Assembly (NCBI RefSeq): GCF_014280175.1
Contig: NZ_CP047931.1
Coordinates: 1,320,001 to 1,352,000, forward strand
DNA: 32,000 nt
Direction of reading: 5' to 3'
Source of the DNA: Synechococcus sp. A15-28
GTDB lineage: Bacteria; Cyanobacteriota; Cyanobacteriia; PCC-6307; Cyanobiaceae
The notes under the pieces are model-generated. The model did not search any database and had not been told where the DNA came from. It worked only from the letters and a program-made list of their open reading frames with translations. Position numbers and translations under genes: made by a program. Positions 18,321 to 26,352 of the stretch are shown here, in pieces. Positions within the stretch are counted from its first letter, which is position 1. Every line of letters begins with the position of its first letter.

Positions 18321-20009
18321 ATGACCACCACCAACTACGACCCCCGCATCCTCAAGGCGCCCCATCCCGTACCGGGTGCGCCGGATAACTGGAAGCGCTT
18401 TTTCAGCTTCAACACCGATGCCAAGGTGATCGGGATTCAGTACATCGCCACCTCACTGTTCTTCCTGCTGGTGGGAGGTCTGCTGGCGATGATTGTGCGC
18501 GGTGAGCTGATCACACCGCCGGCCGATCTGGTGGATCCGAGCGTCTACAACGGTCTTTACACGATGCATGGAACAGTGATGCTGTTCCTGTTTCTGTTCC
18601 CGATCCTCAACGGTTTCAACAACCTGTTGATCCCCACGATGATCGGCGCGCCGGACATGGCGTTCCCAAAACTCAACGCCGCCGCCTTCTGGTTGGTGCC
18701 TGTTTTCGCCGTGGTGCTGATGGGCAGCTTCTTTGCACCCGGCGGACCAGCCTCCTCTGGATGGTGGTCTTATCCGCCGATGAGCCTGCAGAACCCACTG
18801 GGGCACTTCATCAACGGCGAGTTTCTCTGGATCCTGGCGGTGGCTCTGTCGGGGATCTCCTCGATCATGGGCGCCGTCAATTTCGTGACGACGATCATCC
18901 GGATGCGGGCCCCCGGCATGGGCTTTTTCAAGATGCCGGTGTTCGTCTGGACCGCCTGGGCCGCCCAGACGATTCAGCTTGTCGGCCTGCCTGCACTCAC
19001 CGGTGGTGCCGTGATGCTGCTGTTTGACCTCAGCTTCGGCACCAGCTTTTTCCGACCTGAAGGTGGCGGTGATCCGGTGCTGTTTCAGCACTTCTTCTGG
19101 TTCTATTCCCACCCTGCCGTGTACGTGCTGGTGCTGCCGGTGTTCGGCATCTTTTCTGAGCTGTTCCCGGTGTATGCCCGCAAGCCACTCTTCGGCTACC
19201 GCTTTGTGGCCATCGCCTCCTTCGGCATCACCTTCCTCAGCCTGATTGTGTGGGCACACCACATGTTCTACACAGGCACACCGAACTGGATGCGCCACAT
19301 CTTCATGTTCACCACGATGTTGATCGCCGTTCCAACAGGAGTGAAGGTGTTCGCCTGGTTGGGCACCCTGTGGCAGGGAAACCTGAGGCTGAACACACCG
19401 ATGCTGTTCTGCCTTGGTGGCCTGTTCAACTTCATCTTTGCCGGCATCACCGGCGTGATGCTGGCGACAGTGCCCATCGACATCCATGTGGGCAACACCG
19501 CTTTCGTCGTGGCCCATTTCCACTACGTGATCTTCAACACGATCGGCTTTGGGGTGTTCGCCGGCATCTACCACTGGTTCCCGAAATTCACCGGCAGGAT
19601 GTACTACGAGGGCCTGGGCAAAGTGCACTTTGCGCTCACCTTCATCGGCGCCACCCTCAACTGGCTTCCGATTCACTGGGCCGGCCTGCTCGGGATGCCC
19701 CGTCGTGTGGCCTCCTACGACCCGGAATTCGCCATCTGGAATGTGCTGGGCAGCATCGGCGCCTTCATGCTCGGCGTCGCCTCGATCCCCTTCATTCTCA
19801 ACATGGTGAGCTCCTGGTCCCGGGGCCCGAAGGCTCCACCCAATCCCTGGCGGGCCATCGGCCTGGAGTGGCTGCTGCCCTCCCCACCACCGGCTGAGAA
19901 CTTCGAGGACGACATCCCCACCGTGATCAGTGAGCCTTACGGCTACGGCCTGGGCCACCCCCTCGTCGAGGACGAGGAGTTCTACGTCCGCCGTTCCCAG
20001 GAGGCCTGA
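18321..20009 (+). CDS. ctaDII: Haem-copper oxidase subunit I
   Basis: 562 aa with about 12 TM helices. Contains HPAVYVLVLP (CuB His and cross-linked Tyr), WAHHMFYTG (CuB His pair) and VVAHFHYVIF (haem ligands). Confidence 0.95.
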   Translation: MTTTNYDPRILKAPHPVPGAPDNWKRFFSFNTDAKVIGIQYIATSLFFLLVGGLLAMIVRGELITPPADLVDPSVYNGLYTMHGTVMLFLFLFPILNGFNNLLIPTMIGAPDMAFPKLNAAAFWLVPVFAVVLMGSFFAPGGPASSGWWSYPPMSLQNPLGHFINGEFLWILAVALSGISSIMGAVNFVTTIIRMRAPGMGFFKMPVFVWTAWAAQTIQLVGLPALTGGAVMLLFDLSFGTSFFRPEGGGDPVLFQHFFWFYSHPAVYVLVLPVFGIFSELFPVYARKPLFGYRFVAIASFGITFLSLIVWAHHMFYTGTPNWMRHIFMFTTMLIAVPTGVKVFAWLGTLWQGNLRLNTPMLFCLGGLFNFIFAGITGVMLATVPIDIHVGNTAFVVAHFHYVIFNTIGFGVFAGIYHWFPKFTGRMYYEGLGKVHFALTFIGATLNWLPIHWAGLLGMPRRVASYDPEFAIWNVLGSIGAFMLGVASIPFILNMVSSWSRGPKAPPNPWRAIGLEWLLPSPPPAENFEDDIPTVISEPYGYGLGHPLVEDEEFYVRRSQEA

Positions 20010-20013
20010 ACCG

Positions 20014-20610
20014 ATGACCAGCGTCAATCCCGACATTCAGCTCAATCACACCCCTGGCCATGTGAAGCACGACGGTCACAACATGACCGGCTTCGTGATC
20101 TTCCTCTGCTCCGAGAGCGTCATCTTCCTGGCCTTCTTCGCTGGCTACGCCGTGCTCAAGCTCACGGCTCCCCAATGGCTACCGGATGGCGTTGAGGGGT
20201 TGGAGGTGCGCATGCCCCTGATCAACAGCGTGGTCTTGGTGAGCTCCAGTTTTGTGGCCTACTTCGCCGAGCGCTATCTGCACAAGGGCAACCTCTGGGG
20301 CTTCCGGGCGGTGTGGCTATTGACCATGGCGATGGGGTCCTACTTCGTCTACGGGCAGTACGTCGAATGGTCGGAACTCACTTTCAGCCTCAGCAGCGGT
20401 GTGTTCGGCGGGATGTTCTACCTGCTCACCGGCTTTCACGGCCTGCACGTGATCACCGGCATCCTGATGATGGGCCTGATGCTGGCCCGATCGTTCCGTC
20501 CCGGAAATTACGACAAGGGCGAGATGGGCGTTGCTTCAGTAAGCCTGTTCTGGCACTTCGTCGATGTGATCTGGATCCTTCTTTTCCTCCTTATCTACGT
20601 CTGGCAGTAA
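20014..20610 (+). CDS. ctaEII: Haem-copper oxidase subunit III
   Basis: 5-TM subunit III pattern with FYLLTGFHGLHVITG and LFWHFVDVIWILLF. ATG is at 20014, 4 nt after the ctaDII stop; the ORF-track start at 19930 lies inside ctaDII. Confidence 0.9.
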   Translation: MTSVNPDIQLNHTPGHVKHDGHNMTGFVIFLCSESVIFLAFFAGYAVLKLTAPQWLPDGVEGLEVRMPLINSVVLVSSSFVAYFAERYLHKGNLWGFRAVWLLTMAMGSYFVYGQYVEWSELTFSLSSGVFGGMFYLLTGFHGLHVITGILMMGLMLARSFRPGNYDKGEMGVASVSLFWHFVDVIWILLFLLIYVWQ

Positions 20611-20614
20611 TCCA

Positions 20615-22120
20615 ATGATTATCGACGACCGCCACTACGACGTCATCGTCATCGGCAGCGGCGCCGGTGGCGGCACCCTGGCTGGTGCTCTGAGCCGCAA
20701 GGGCAAAACCGTGCTGGTGCTGGAGCGCGGCGGCGCCATGGCTCTTGAGGATCAGAACGTCGCTGACGTGGATCTGTTCCGCAAGGACCGCTATCACCCC
20801 AAAAACGAACGCTGGTTCGGACCGGACGGCGATCCCTTCGCCCCCCAGACCACCTACGCCCGCGGCGGCAACACCAAGATCTGGGGCGCGGTGCTGGAGC
20901 GCATGCGTGAAAAGGACTTCACCGAAGTCCCCCTGCAGGAGGGTGTGTCACCCGCCTGGCCGTTCGACTACGCCGAACTTGCCCCTTACTACGAACAGGC
21001 TGAACAGCTCTACCGGGTGCATGGCAAGGCCGGAGTCGACCCCACCGAACCCAGCTGTCAAGGCGAGTATGTGGCCAAACCCAAAGCGGTGGAGCCATTC
21101 CTGGAACCGCTTCGCGCCGCTCTGCAACGCCAGGGATGCCGCCCTTACGACATCCCCATCAGCTGGTCGGACGACAAGGACGACCCGAGCGGCGATGCCC
21201 AGCTGTTCGGTCTCGAGGCCGGGGATCCAGATCGGCTCACCCTGCGCGACAACGCCAAGGTGCAGCGACTCCATGTGAGCCCCAGCGGCCGCGAGGTGAA
21301 AGCTGTGGAAGCGGAGCTTGAGGGAGACACCTGGTTGTTCCGCGCCGATGTGGTGGTGTTGGCGGCCGGTGCTGTGAACACTCCAGTGATGCTGTTGCGC
21401 TCGGCAACCTCCCACCACCCCAAGGGCATCGGCAACGGCTCCGATCAGGTGGGCCGCAATCTGATGAATCTGCAGCTCACCTCGATCCTGCAGCTGGCCA
21501 CCGAACGCAACAGCGGTCGCTATGGACGCTCCCTGGGCATCAACGACTACTACTGGGGAGACAAGAACGTCAGCTTTCCCCTGGGTCACATCCAGACCGC
21601 CGGTGGCGTGCTGCAGGACGCGTTGTTCGCCGAGTCGCCGCCTGTTCTCTCCCTGGTGAGCAAGATGATTCCAGACTTCGGCCTCGAGCGTCTGGCATCA
21701 CGCTCCGTGGCCTGGTGGGCGATGACGGAGGTGATGCCGGATCCCCACAACAAGATCTGGCTGCACAACGACCAGATCCGCATCAACTACATCCACAACA
21801 ACCGCGAAGCTCACGATCGACTCGTCTACCGCTGGATCGACACCTTGAAAGAGGTGGAGAAGGACCCGATCACCAAAGTGGTGCTCCAGGCCCCCACCCA
21901 TGCCCGCGGCGCAGCACCCCTGAGTGTGGTGGGCTATGGCTGCGGCAGTTGTCGAATGGGCGACGACCCCGCCAATGCCGTGGTCGATGCTCATGGAAAG
22001 TGCCATGAACTGGACAACCTCTACATCGCGGACGCCAGCGTCTTCCCCAGCTGCCCCAGCGTGGGACCTGGACTCAGCGTGATCGCGTTGGCCCTGAGGC
22101 TGGCGGACCAGCTCAGCTGA
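20615..22120 (+). CDS. GMC-family FAD-dependent oxidoreductase
   Basis: N-terminal ADP-binding fold YDVIVIGSGAGGGTLAGALSRKGKTVLVLERGG. C-terminal GMC block GSCRMGDDPANAVVDAHGKCHELDNLYIADASVFPS. ATG lies 4 nt after the ctaEII stop. Confidence 0.85.
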   Translation: MIIDDRHYDVIVIGSGAGGGTLAGALSRKGKTVLVLERGGAMALEDQNVADVDLFRKDRYHPKNERWFGPDGDPFAPQTTYARGGNTKIWGAVLERMREKDFTEVPLQEGVSPAWPFDYAELAPYYEQAEQLYRVHGKAGVDPTEPSCQGEYVAKPKAVEPFLEPLRAALQRQGCRPYDIPISWSDDKDDPSGDAQLFGLEAGDPDRLTLRDNAKVQRLHVSPSGREVKAVEAELEGDTWLFRADVVVLAAGAVNTPVMLLRSATSHHPKGIGNGSDQVGRNLMNLQLTSILQLATERNSGRYGRSLGINDYYWGDKNVSFPLGHIQTAGGVLQDALFAESPPVLSLVSKMIPDFGLERLASRSVAWWAMTEVMPDPHNKIWLHNDQIRINYIHNNREAHDRLVYRWIDTLKEVEKDPITKVVLQAPTHARGAAPLSVVGYGCGSCRMGDDPANAVVDAHGKCHELDNLYIADASVFPSCPSVGPGLSVIALALRLADQLS

Positions 22121-22591
22121 TCAATCGCCGAGCAGATAGGCCCGCAGCGAGCCGATCGGCCCCTGCTGTGGGGCCTGCTGCACCAAGCGCCCTGCCAACA
22201 GGGCACCACCGATCACTTCGTTGGGGACCAACCGCGACATCAGGCGCGCCTCCAGCTCACTGTTGATCTCATCGCTTGGATACAAGCTGATCACAGCCAT
22301 CACCTCGCGATCATCCATGAAGCGGTGAACGAGCACGGTGATCTGACTGTCACTAAGAAAACTGCGGCCGTCGCGACCGAACAGGTGCTGCACGGCATGA
22401 AACAGCTCATGTCGAGCCACCTCATCAATGGAGCGTCCTTTGGAACGGATGCGCTCGGTGCAGAGCGCAATCTCGGAGCGCTGGGGGTCGTAGCTGCCCA
22501 TCCCCGCCTGCTGACCCGCGCACCACTGGCCTCCCTGAACCGTTCCCACCCCCAACCAAGCCGCGAGAAGCAACAAGACGGGAATGGGCAT
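22121..22591 (-). CDS. Hypothetical secreted protein with an HExxH motif
   Basis: N-terminal signal-like MPIPVLLLLAAWLGVGTVQG, two Cys, and HELFHAVQH. No family recognised. The stop abuts the GMC stop (0-nt spacer, convergent). ATG at 22589-22591. Confidence 0.5.
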   Translation of the reverse strand: MPIPVLLLLAAWLGVGTVQGGQWCAGQQAGMGSYDPQRSEIALCTERIRSKGRSIDEVARHELFHAVQHLFGRDGRSFLSDSQITVLVHRFMDDREVMAVISLYPSDEINSELEARLMSRLVPNEVIGGALLAGRLVQQAPQQGPIGSLRAYLLGD

Positions 22592-22686
22592 CAAGAATCA
22601 ACGCATCCTTAACTTGACCATAACCAGTGCGTCTCACAGGTCCTGTGATGGATACGACGGATCTCAAGATTTTTCAGGTTCTCGAA

Positions 22687-24054
22687 TCAACCCATCGTCA
22701 CGAATTCCTCGGACACCGAGGGGTGAAGGGCCATGGTTCGATCGAAGTCCGCTTTGGTGGCCCCCATCCCAACGGCGATGGCCGCCATCTGAATGATTTC
22801 AGCGGCGTGCTCCCCCACCATGTGACAACCCAGTACCCGATCCGTCGACGCTTCCACCACAAGCTTCAGCAGACAACGGGCACCGGAGGCGGGCAAAGCG
22901 CGCGACATCGAGCGGAAGCGGGCCCGATGAATCACCACAGCATCCACACCATGGCGGGCAACGGCCGCCTCCTCGGACAGTCCCACCGTGGCCAGCTCGG
23001 GATCACTGAACACGGCACTGGCCACAAGGTCATGGTTCACCTGTCGCGGCTGGCCGCCGAAGGTGGAGTCGGCAAAGGCACGGCCTTCATCGATCGCCAC
23101 GGGTGTGAGGTTCACCCGGTCGGTGACATCACCGACCGCATGAATGTGCGGAACCGATGTGCATGAGTCGGCATCAACCCGGATCCGACCGTTCTCCACC
23201 ACCACGCCAGCAGCCTCGAGCCCCAGTCCCTCCAGCCAGGGACGCCGCCCCGTGGCCATCAACACCCCACCGCAGGGCAGCTCCAGACCATCCGACAACA
23301 GAACCTTCAGCTCTCCGGGCTGACCACGCACCGCCGTGACGCTGCGTTCCAGCACGACGTGAATGCCTTGGTCCCGCAGCCCCTCCAGCACGGCATCCGC
23401 CAGCTCCCGGTCAAATCCCCTGAGCAGGCCTGAGCCCCGCACCACCTGGGTGACCTCCACCCCGAGGCCACGGAGGATGCAGGCGAATTCACAGGCGATG
23501 AAGCCCGCTCCTACCACCACAACGTCCCGCGGCAAAGTCTCCAGATTGAACATGTCGTCACTGATCCAGGTGTGTTCCACCCCGGGGATGTCGGGGCGCA
23601 CAGGGCGTCCTCCGACGGCCACCAGAACGCGGCTGGCGGACAACTCCCGTTGGATCGGGCCGTCCCTCTCAGTTGCGATGCCGATGGTCTGGTCCGAGAG
23701 AAACCGGCCCCAGCCGTCGATGCGTTCAACGCCCGCCTTCTCCAGAAAATTGAGATGCAGGTGATTGAGCCGATCCACCTCGGCCCGCACCCGGCGAAAT
23801 AACTCCGTAACGCTGCTTTCAACCGCACCAATCGTGAGGCCATAGGCCGGCGCATCCTTCAGCTGATGCCGTGCCTGGGCGCCGTAGACCAGCAGTTTTT
23901 TCGGGACACACCCCCGGATCACACAGGTGCCGCCGACGCGGTCTCCCTCAACAATGGCCACTTTCGCGCCATGGCGGGCCGCCCGCTTGGCAGCGGCCAG
24001 ACCGCCAGACCCAGCACCAAGAACAAGTAGATCAAGCGTTGAATCGATGGCCAT
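22687..24054 (-). CDS. gor: Glutathione-disulfide reductase
   Basis: LLVLGAGSGGLAAAKRAA (FAD fold), the redox-active GGTCVIRGCVPKK, an NADPH fold VVVGAGFIACEFA, and a C-terminal dimerisation domain with HPSVSEEFVTM. Confidence 0.9.
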   Translation of the reverse strand: MAIDSTLDLLVLGAGSGGLAAAKRAARHGAKVAIVEGDRVGGTCVIRGCVPKKLLVYGAQARHQLKDAPAYGLTIGAVESSVTELFRRVRAEVDRLNHLHLNFLEKAGVERIDGWGRFLSDQTIGIATERDGPIQRELSASRVLVAVGGRPVRPDIPGVEHTWISDDMFNLETLPRDVVVVGAGFIACEFACILRGLGVEVTQVVRGSGLLRGFDRELADAVLEGLRDQGIHVVLERSVTAVRGQPGELKVLLSDGLELPCGGVLMATGRRPWLEGLGLEAAGVVVENGRIRVDADSCTSVPHIHAVGDVTDRVNLTPVAIDEGRAFADSTFGGQPRQVNHDLVASAVFSDPELATVGLSEEAAVARHGVDAVVIHRARFRSMSRALPASGARCLLKLVVEASTDRVLGCHMVGEHAAEIIQMAAIAVGMGATKADFDRTMALHPSVSEEFVTMG

Positions 24055-24214
24055 GGCGGCATTGGCAGGAGGTCAATTCTCCTGATGCAAGGGATGCCTG
24101 TCGACGTGCCGCCAGACACATGGCAAAAGGTAAAGGCAGCGTTATGGTCAGAGCAAGATTGGCTCAAGGGCACGTGAAGAAGCGTGGGCCTGTGAGTACT
24201 GCCAACGCTTAACC

Positions 24215-24454
24215 ATGAAAAAGAAGCAACGCTCCAAGCCGCAACCGCCCGACCTCGACCAGCAGGTCCTTCAGCGTCGGGACATTGTGATGATGCTCAC
24301 CTCCGACGACATGACACTGCGGCTCAAGCAACTGGCTCAGCAGGGTCGCCAGGACGACTGTCTGGCGCTGATGCAGGAACTGGGTGACTGGCAGTCCTAT
24401 GGACGAGGCGATCTGTCTCCGATCCTCCATGCCCCTTACATCGGCTCCATCTGA
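24215..24454 (+). CDS. Hypothetical small protein (79 aa)
   Basis: ATG start, Lys-rich N-terminus, and mostly G/C third codon positions. No family recognised. The 3' end overlaps the likely start of the next gene by 26 nt. Confidence 0.35.
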   Translation: MKKKQRSKPQPPDLDQQVLQRRDIVMMLTSDDMTLRLKQLAQQGRQDDCLALMQELGDWQSYGRGDLSPILHAPYIGSI

Positions 24455-25661
24455 AGCGCTCTCCTGGTCTGACCTGGAGGATCTGACGGTTGACCACACT
24501 GGAGGCATCCAGGGAGCGACCAATGCCCAGGCAACGCTTCGCCTGTTCGGGAGCGAGGAGAGTGCCGTTCGCGTCACCCTGTATCGCGATCACCATGCCT
24601 GGTGCCCCTACTGCCAGAAGGTGTGGTTGTGGTTGGAGTTCAAACGGATTCCCTATCGCATCCGCAAGGTGACGATGCGCTGCTACGGCAGCAAAGAACC
24701 CTGGTTTCTGCGTCTCGTCCCCAGTGGGATGCTTCCAGCCCTCGACCTCGACGGCCGGCTGATCACCGAAAGCGATGAAATCCTCCTGCTGCTGGAGGCG
24801 ACCTTCGGGCCCCTTGGGCAACCCATGACGACCCTTGAGGTGCGTTCACAGCGGCAGCTGGAACGCCTGCTGTTCCGGGCCTGGTGTCTGTGGCTGTGCA
24901 CCCCTGGCCTCAGCCCGGGAGAAGACAGGCGCGCTATGGAGCAATTCCGACGGATTGCCGGACAGTTCGAACAAGCCCTGCGTCAATCCCCTGGTCCCTT
25001 TCTCGATCCCGCTGCACCCGGAACCGCTGATCTGGTGTTCGTGCCCTATGTGGAACGCATGAATGCCTCACTGGCCTATTACAAGGGATATCGACTGCGC
25101 CAAGAGCACCCGGCCATCGACGCCTGGTTCCAGGCTCTCGAACAACTGGCCACCTATCGAGGCACCCAGAGCGATCACCACACCCATGCCCATGACCTCC
25201 CCCCGCAGATGGGGGGCTGCTGGTCCAACAACTCCGATGCGGCACGGACCATGGCCGATCAGATCGATCGCGGGGATGGGCTTGGTGTCGATGAAGCCCG
25301 CTGGGACTCCGACCACTGCATCGACGCGGCGGCCATCGCCCTGGGACGGGTGCTGCGTCACCGCAAGCCCTTGATGGAAAGCAATCCGCTGGGCCCTAGC
25401 GGTTTTGACCAACCCCTCCGCTGTGCCCTGACCCATCTGATGGGCCAAGGCACCCCATCCCCCGCCCGCGGCAGTGCCCTCGCTCTGCGCTACCTGCGCG
25501 ATCGCATCTCAGTGCCTCGGGACATGCCCCTGCCGGCCGCTCGACTGCTTCGTCAGGCGCTTGAACGGACCGCTGCCATGGATGGACCGGATCAACCCCC
25601 ACCGCTGCCGACCCGGGACCGGTTCGACCAGGATCCAGCCCCATTTGTGGGTCGGTCATAG
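24429..25661 (+). CDS. Glutathione S-transferase-family protein with a glutaredoxin-like CPYC site and a long C-terminal extension
   Basis: Thioredoxin-fold GST N-domain VTLYRDHHAWCPYCQKVWLWLEFKRIPYRIRKV...MLPALDLDGRLITESDEILLLLE. About 200 further residues are of unknown family. The start is uncertain (ATG at 24429; the ORF is open from 24384). Confidence 0.68.
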   Translation: MPLTSAPSEALSWSDLEDLTVDHTGGIQGATNAQATLRLFGSEESAVRVTLYRDHHAWCPYCQKVWLWLEFKRIPYRIRKVTMRCYGSKEPWFLRLVPSGMLPALDLDGRLITESDEILLLLEATFGPLGQPMTTLEVRSQRQLERLLFRAWCLWLCTPGLSPGEDRRAMEQFRRIAGQFEQALRQSPGPFLDPAAPGTADLVFVPYVERMNASLAYYKGYRLRQEHPAIDAWFQALEQLATYRGTQSDHHTHAHDLPPQMGGCWSNNSDAARTMADQIDRGDGLGVDEARWDSDHCIDAAAIALGRVLRHRKPLMESNPLGPSGFDQPLRCALTHLMGQGTPSPARGSALALRYLRDRISVPRDMPLPAARLLRQALERTAAMDGPDQPPPLPTRDRFDQDPAPFVGRS

Positions 25662-25683
25662 TGAATGGGCATCCACCTTCGGT

Positions 25684-26352
25684 GTGACCCTCGATCTGCC
25701 TGGTTACCAAGCGATTCCAGAAGCCGGACGCAAAACCGAGCTGATTGAGATCCCTGTGGCCAGCCTCCAGCCGACCCAATGGTGCATCGGTCTGGCGGAG
25801 GTGTGGGCCCGGCAGGAGGATTTCGCCAAAGAAACCCGCCAGGAGCGGCTCGATTACCTCAAGGGCAAACCCGTGCCTTTGGTCCGCAGCGCCAGCGGTG
25901 AGGTCTGGATGGTGGATCGCCACCACCGTCTGCGGGCTCTGCTGGGGTTGGATCCCCAATCCACAGCTTGGGGATACGTCATCGCTGAGCTGCCCACCAG
26001 GGAACGCAGCGACGTGCTGCGGTTCCTCGAGCAGCAGGGTTGGTTGTACCTGGTCGACGGCCGGGGCATGGGGCCACGTCAATCGATCGACTTGCCCCGC
26101 ACCCTGCTCGACCTGGAGGATGACCCCTATCGCAGCCTGGTGTGGAAGCTGAAGAAGGAGGGCTTCATCAAACCTCAGCCTCAGATTCCGTACCACGAAT
26201 TTCGCTGGGGTGCCTGGCTGCGGCGACGCCCCTTGCCGCCCTTCAGCTCCCGGCAGCTCAATCCGGCGCTGGCACCGGCCCGGCGCCTGGTCTGTTCCCA
26301 GGCGGCCAGCGCCATGGCGGGCTGGAAAGGCGATAAAAAAGCTTGCCGCTGA
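25684..26352 (+). CDS. ParB-like nuclease-domain protein (ParB/Srx fold, ParBc_2-like)
   Basis: IEIPVASLQPTQWCIGLAEVWARQEDF...VWMVDRHHRLRAL resembles the stand-alone ParB-like nuclease domain family. The start is uncertain: GTG 25684, TTG 25645 or ATG 25582, and the last two overlap the upstream gene. The stop abuts the dnaA stop. Confidence 0.58.
   Translation: MTLDLPGYQAIPEAGRKTELIEIPVASLQPTQWCIGLAEVWARQEDFAKETRQERLDYLKGKPVPLVRSASGEVWMVDRHHRLRALLGLDPQSTAWGYVIAELPTRERSDVLRFLEQQGWLYLVDGRGMGPRQSIDLPRTLLDLEDDPYRSLVWKLKKEGFIKPQPQIPYHEFRWGAWLRRRPLPPFSSRQLNPALAPARRLVCSQAASAMAGWKGDKKACR

Noticed and set aside
18453-20036. 527-aa ORF antisense to ctaDII, the longest non-annotated ORF in the track
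   Set aside because: Its translation is His/Gly/Arg/Asp-rich low-complexity sequence with no motifs. It mirrors a strongly recognisable gene. Long stop-free antisense frames are expected in GC-rich coding DNA.
24215-24454. Idea that the 79-aa ORF and the GST-like ORF are one gene split by a frameshift or programmed recoding
   Set aside because: No slippery heptamer or obvious stimulatory structure lies in the 24384-24454 overlap. The GST fold is complete from the in-frame ATG at 24429. The question cannot be settled without orthologues, so the two are kept as separate calls with low confidence for the small ORF.
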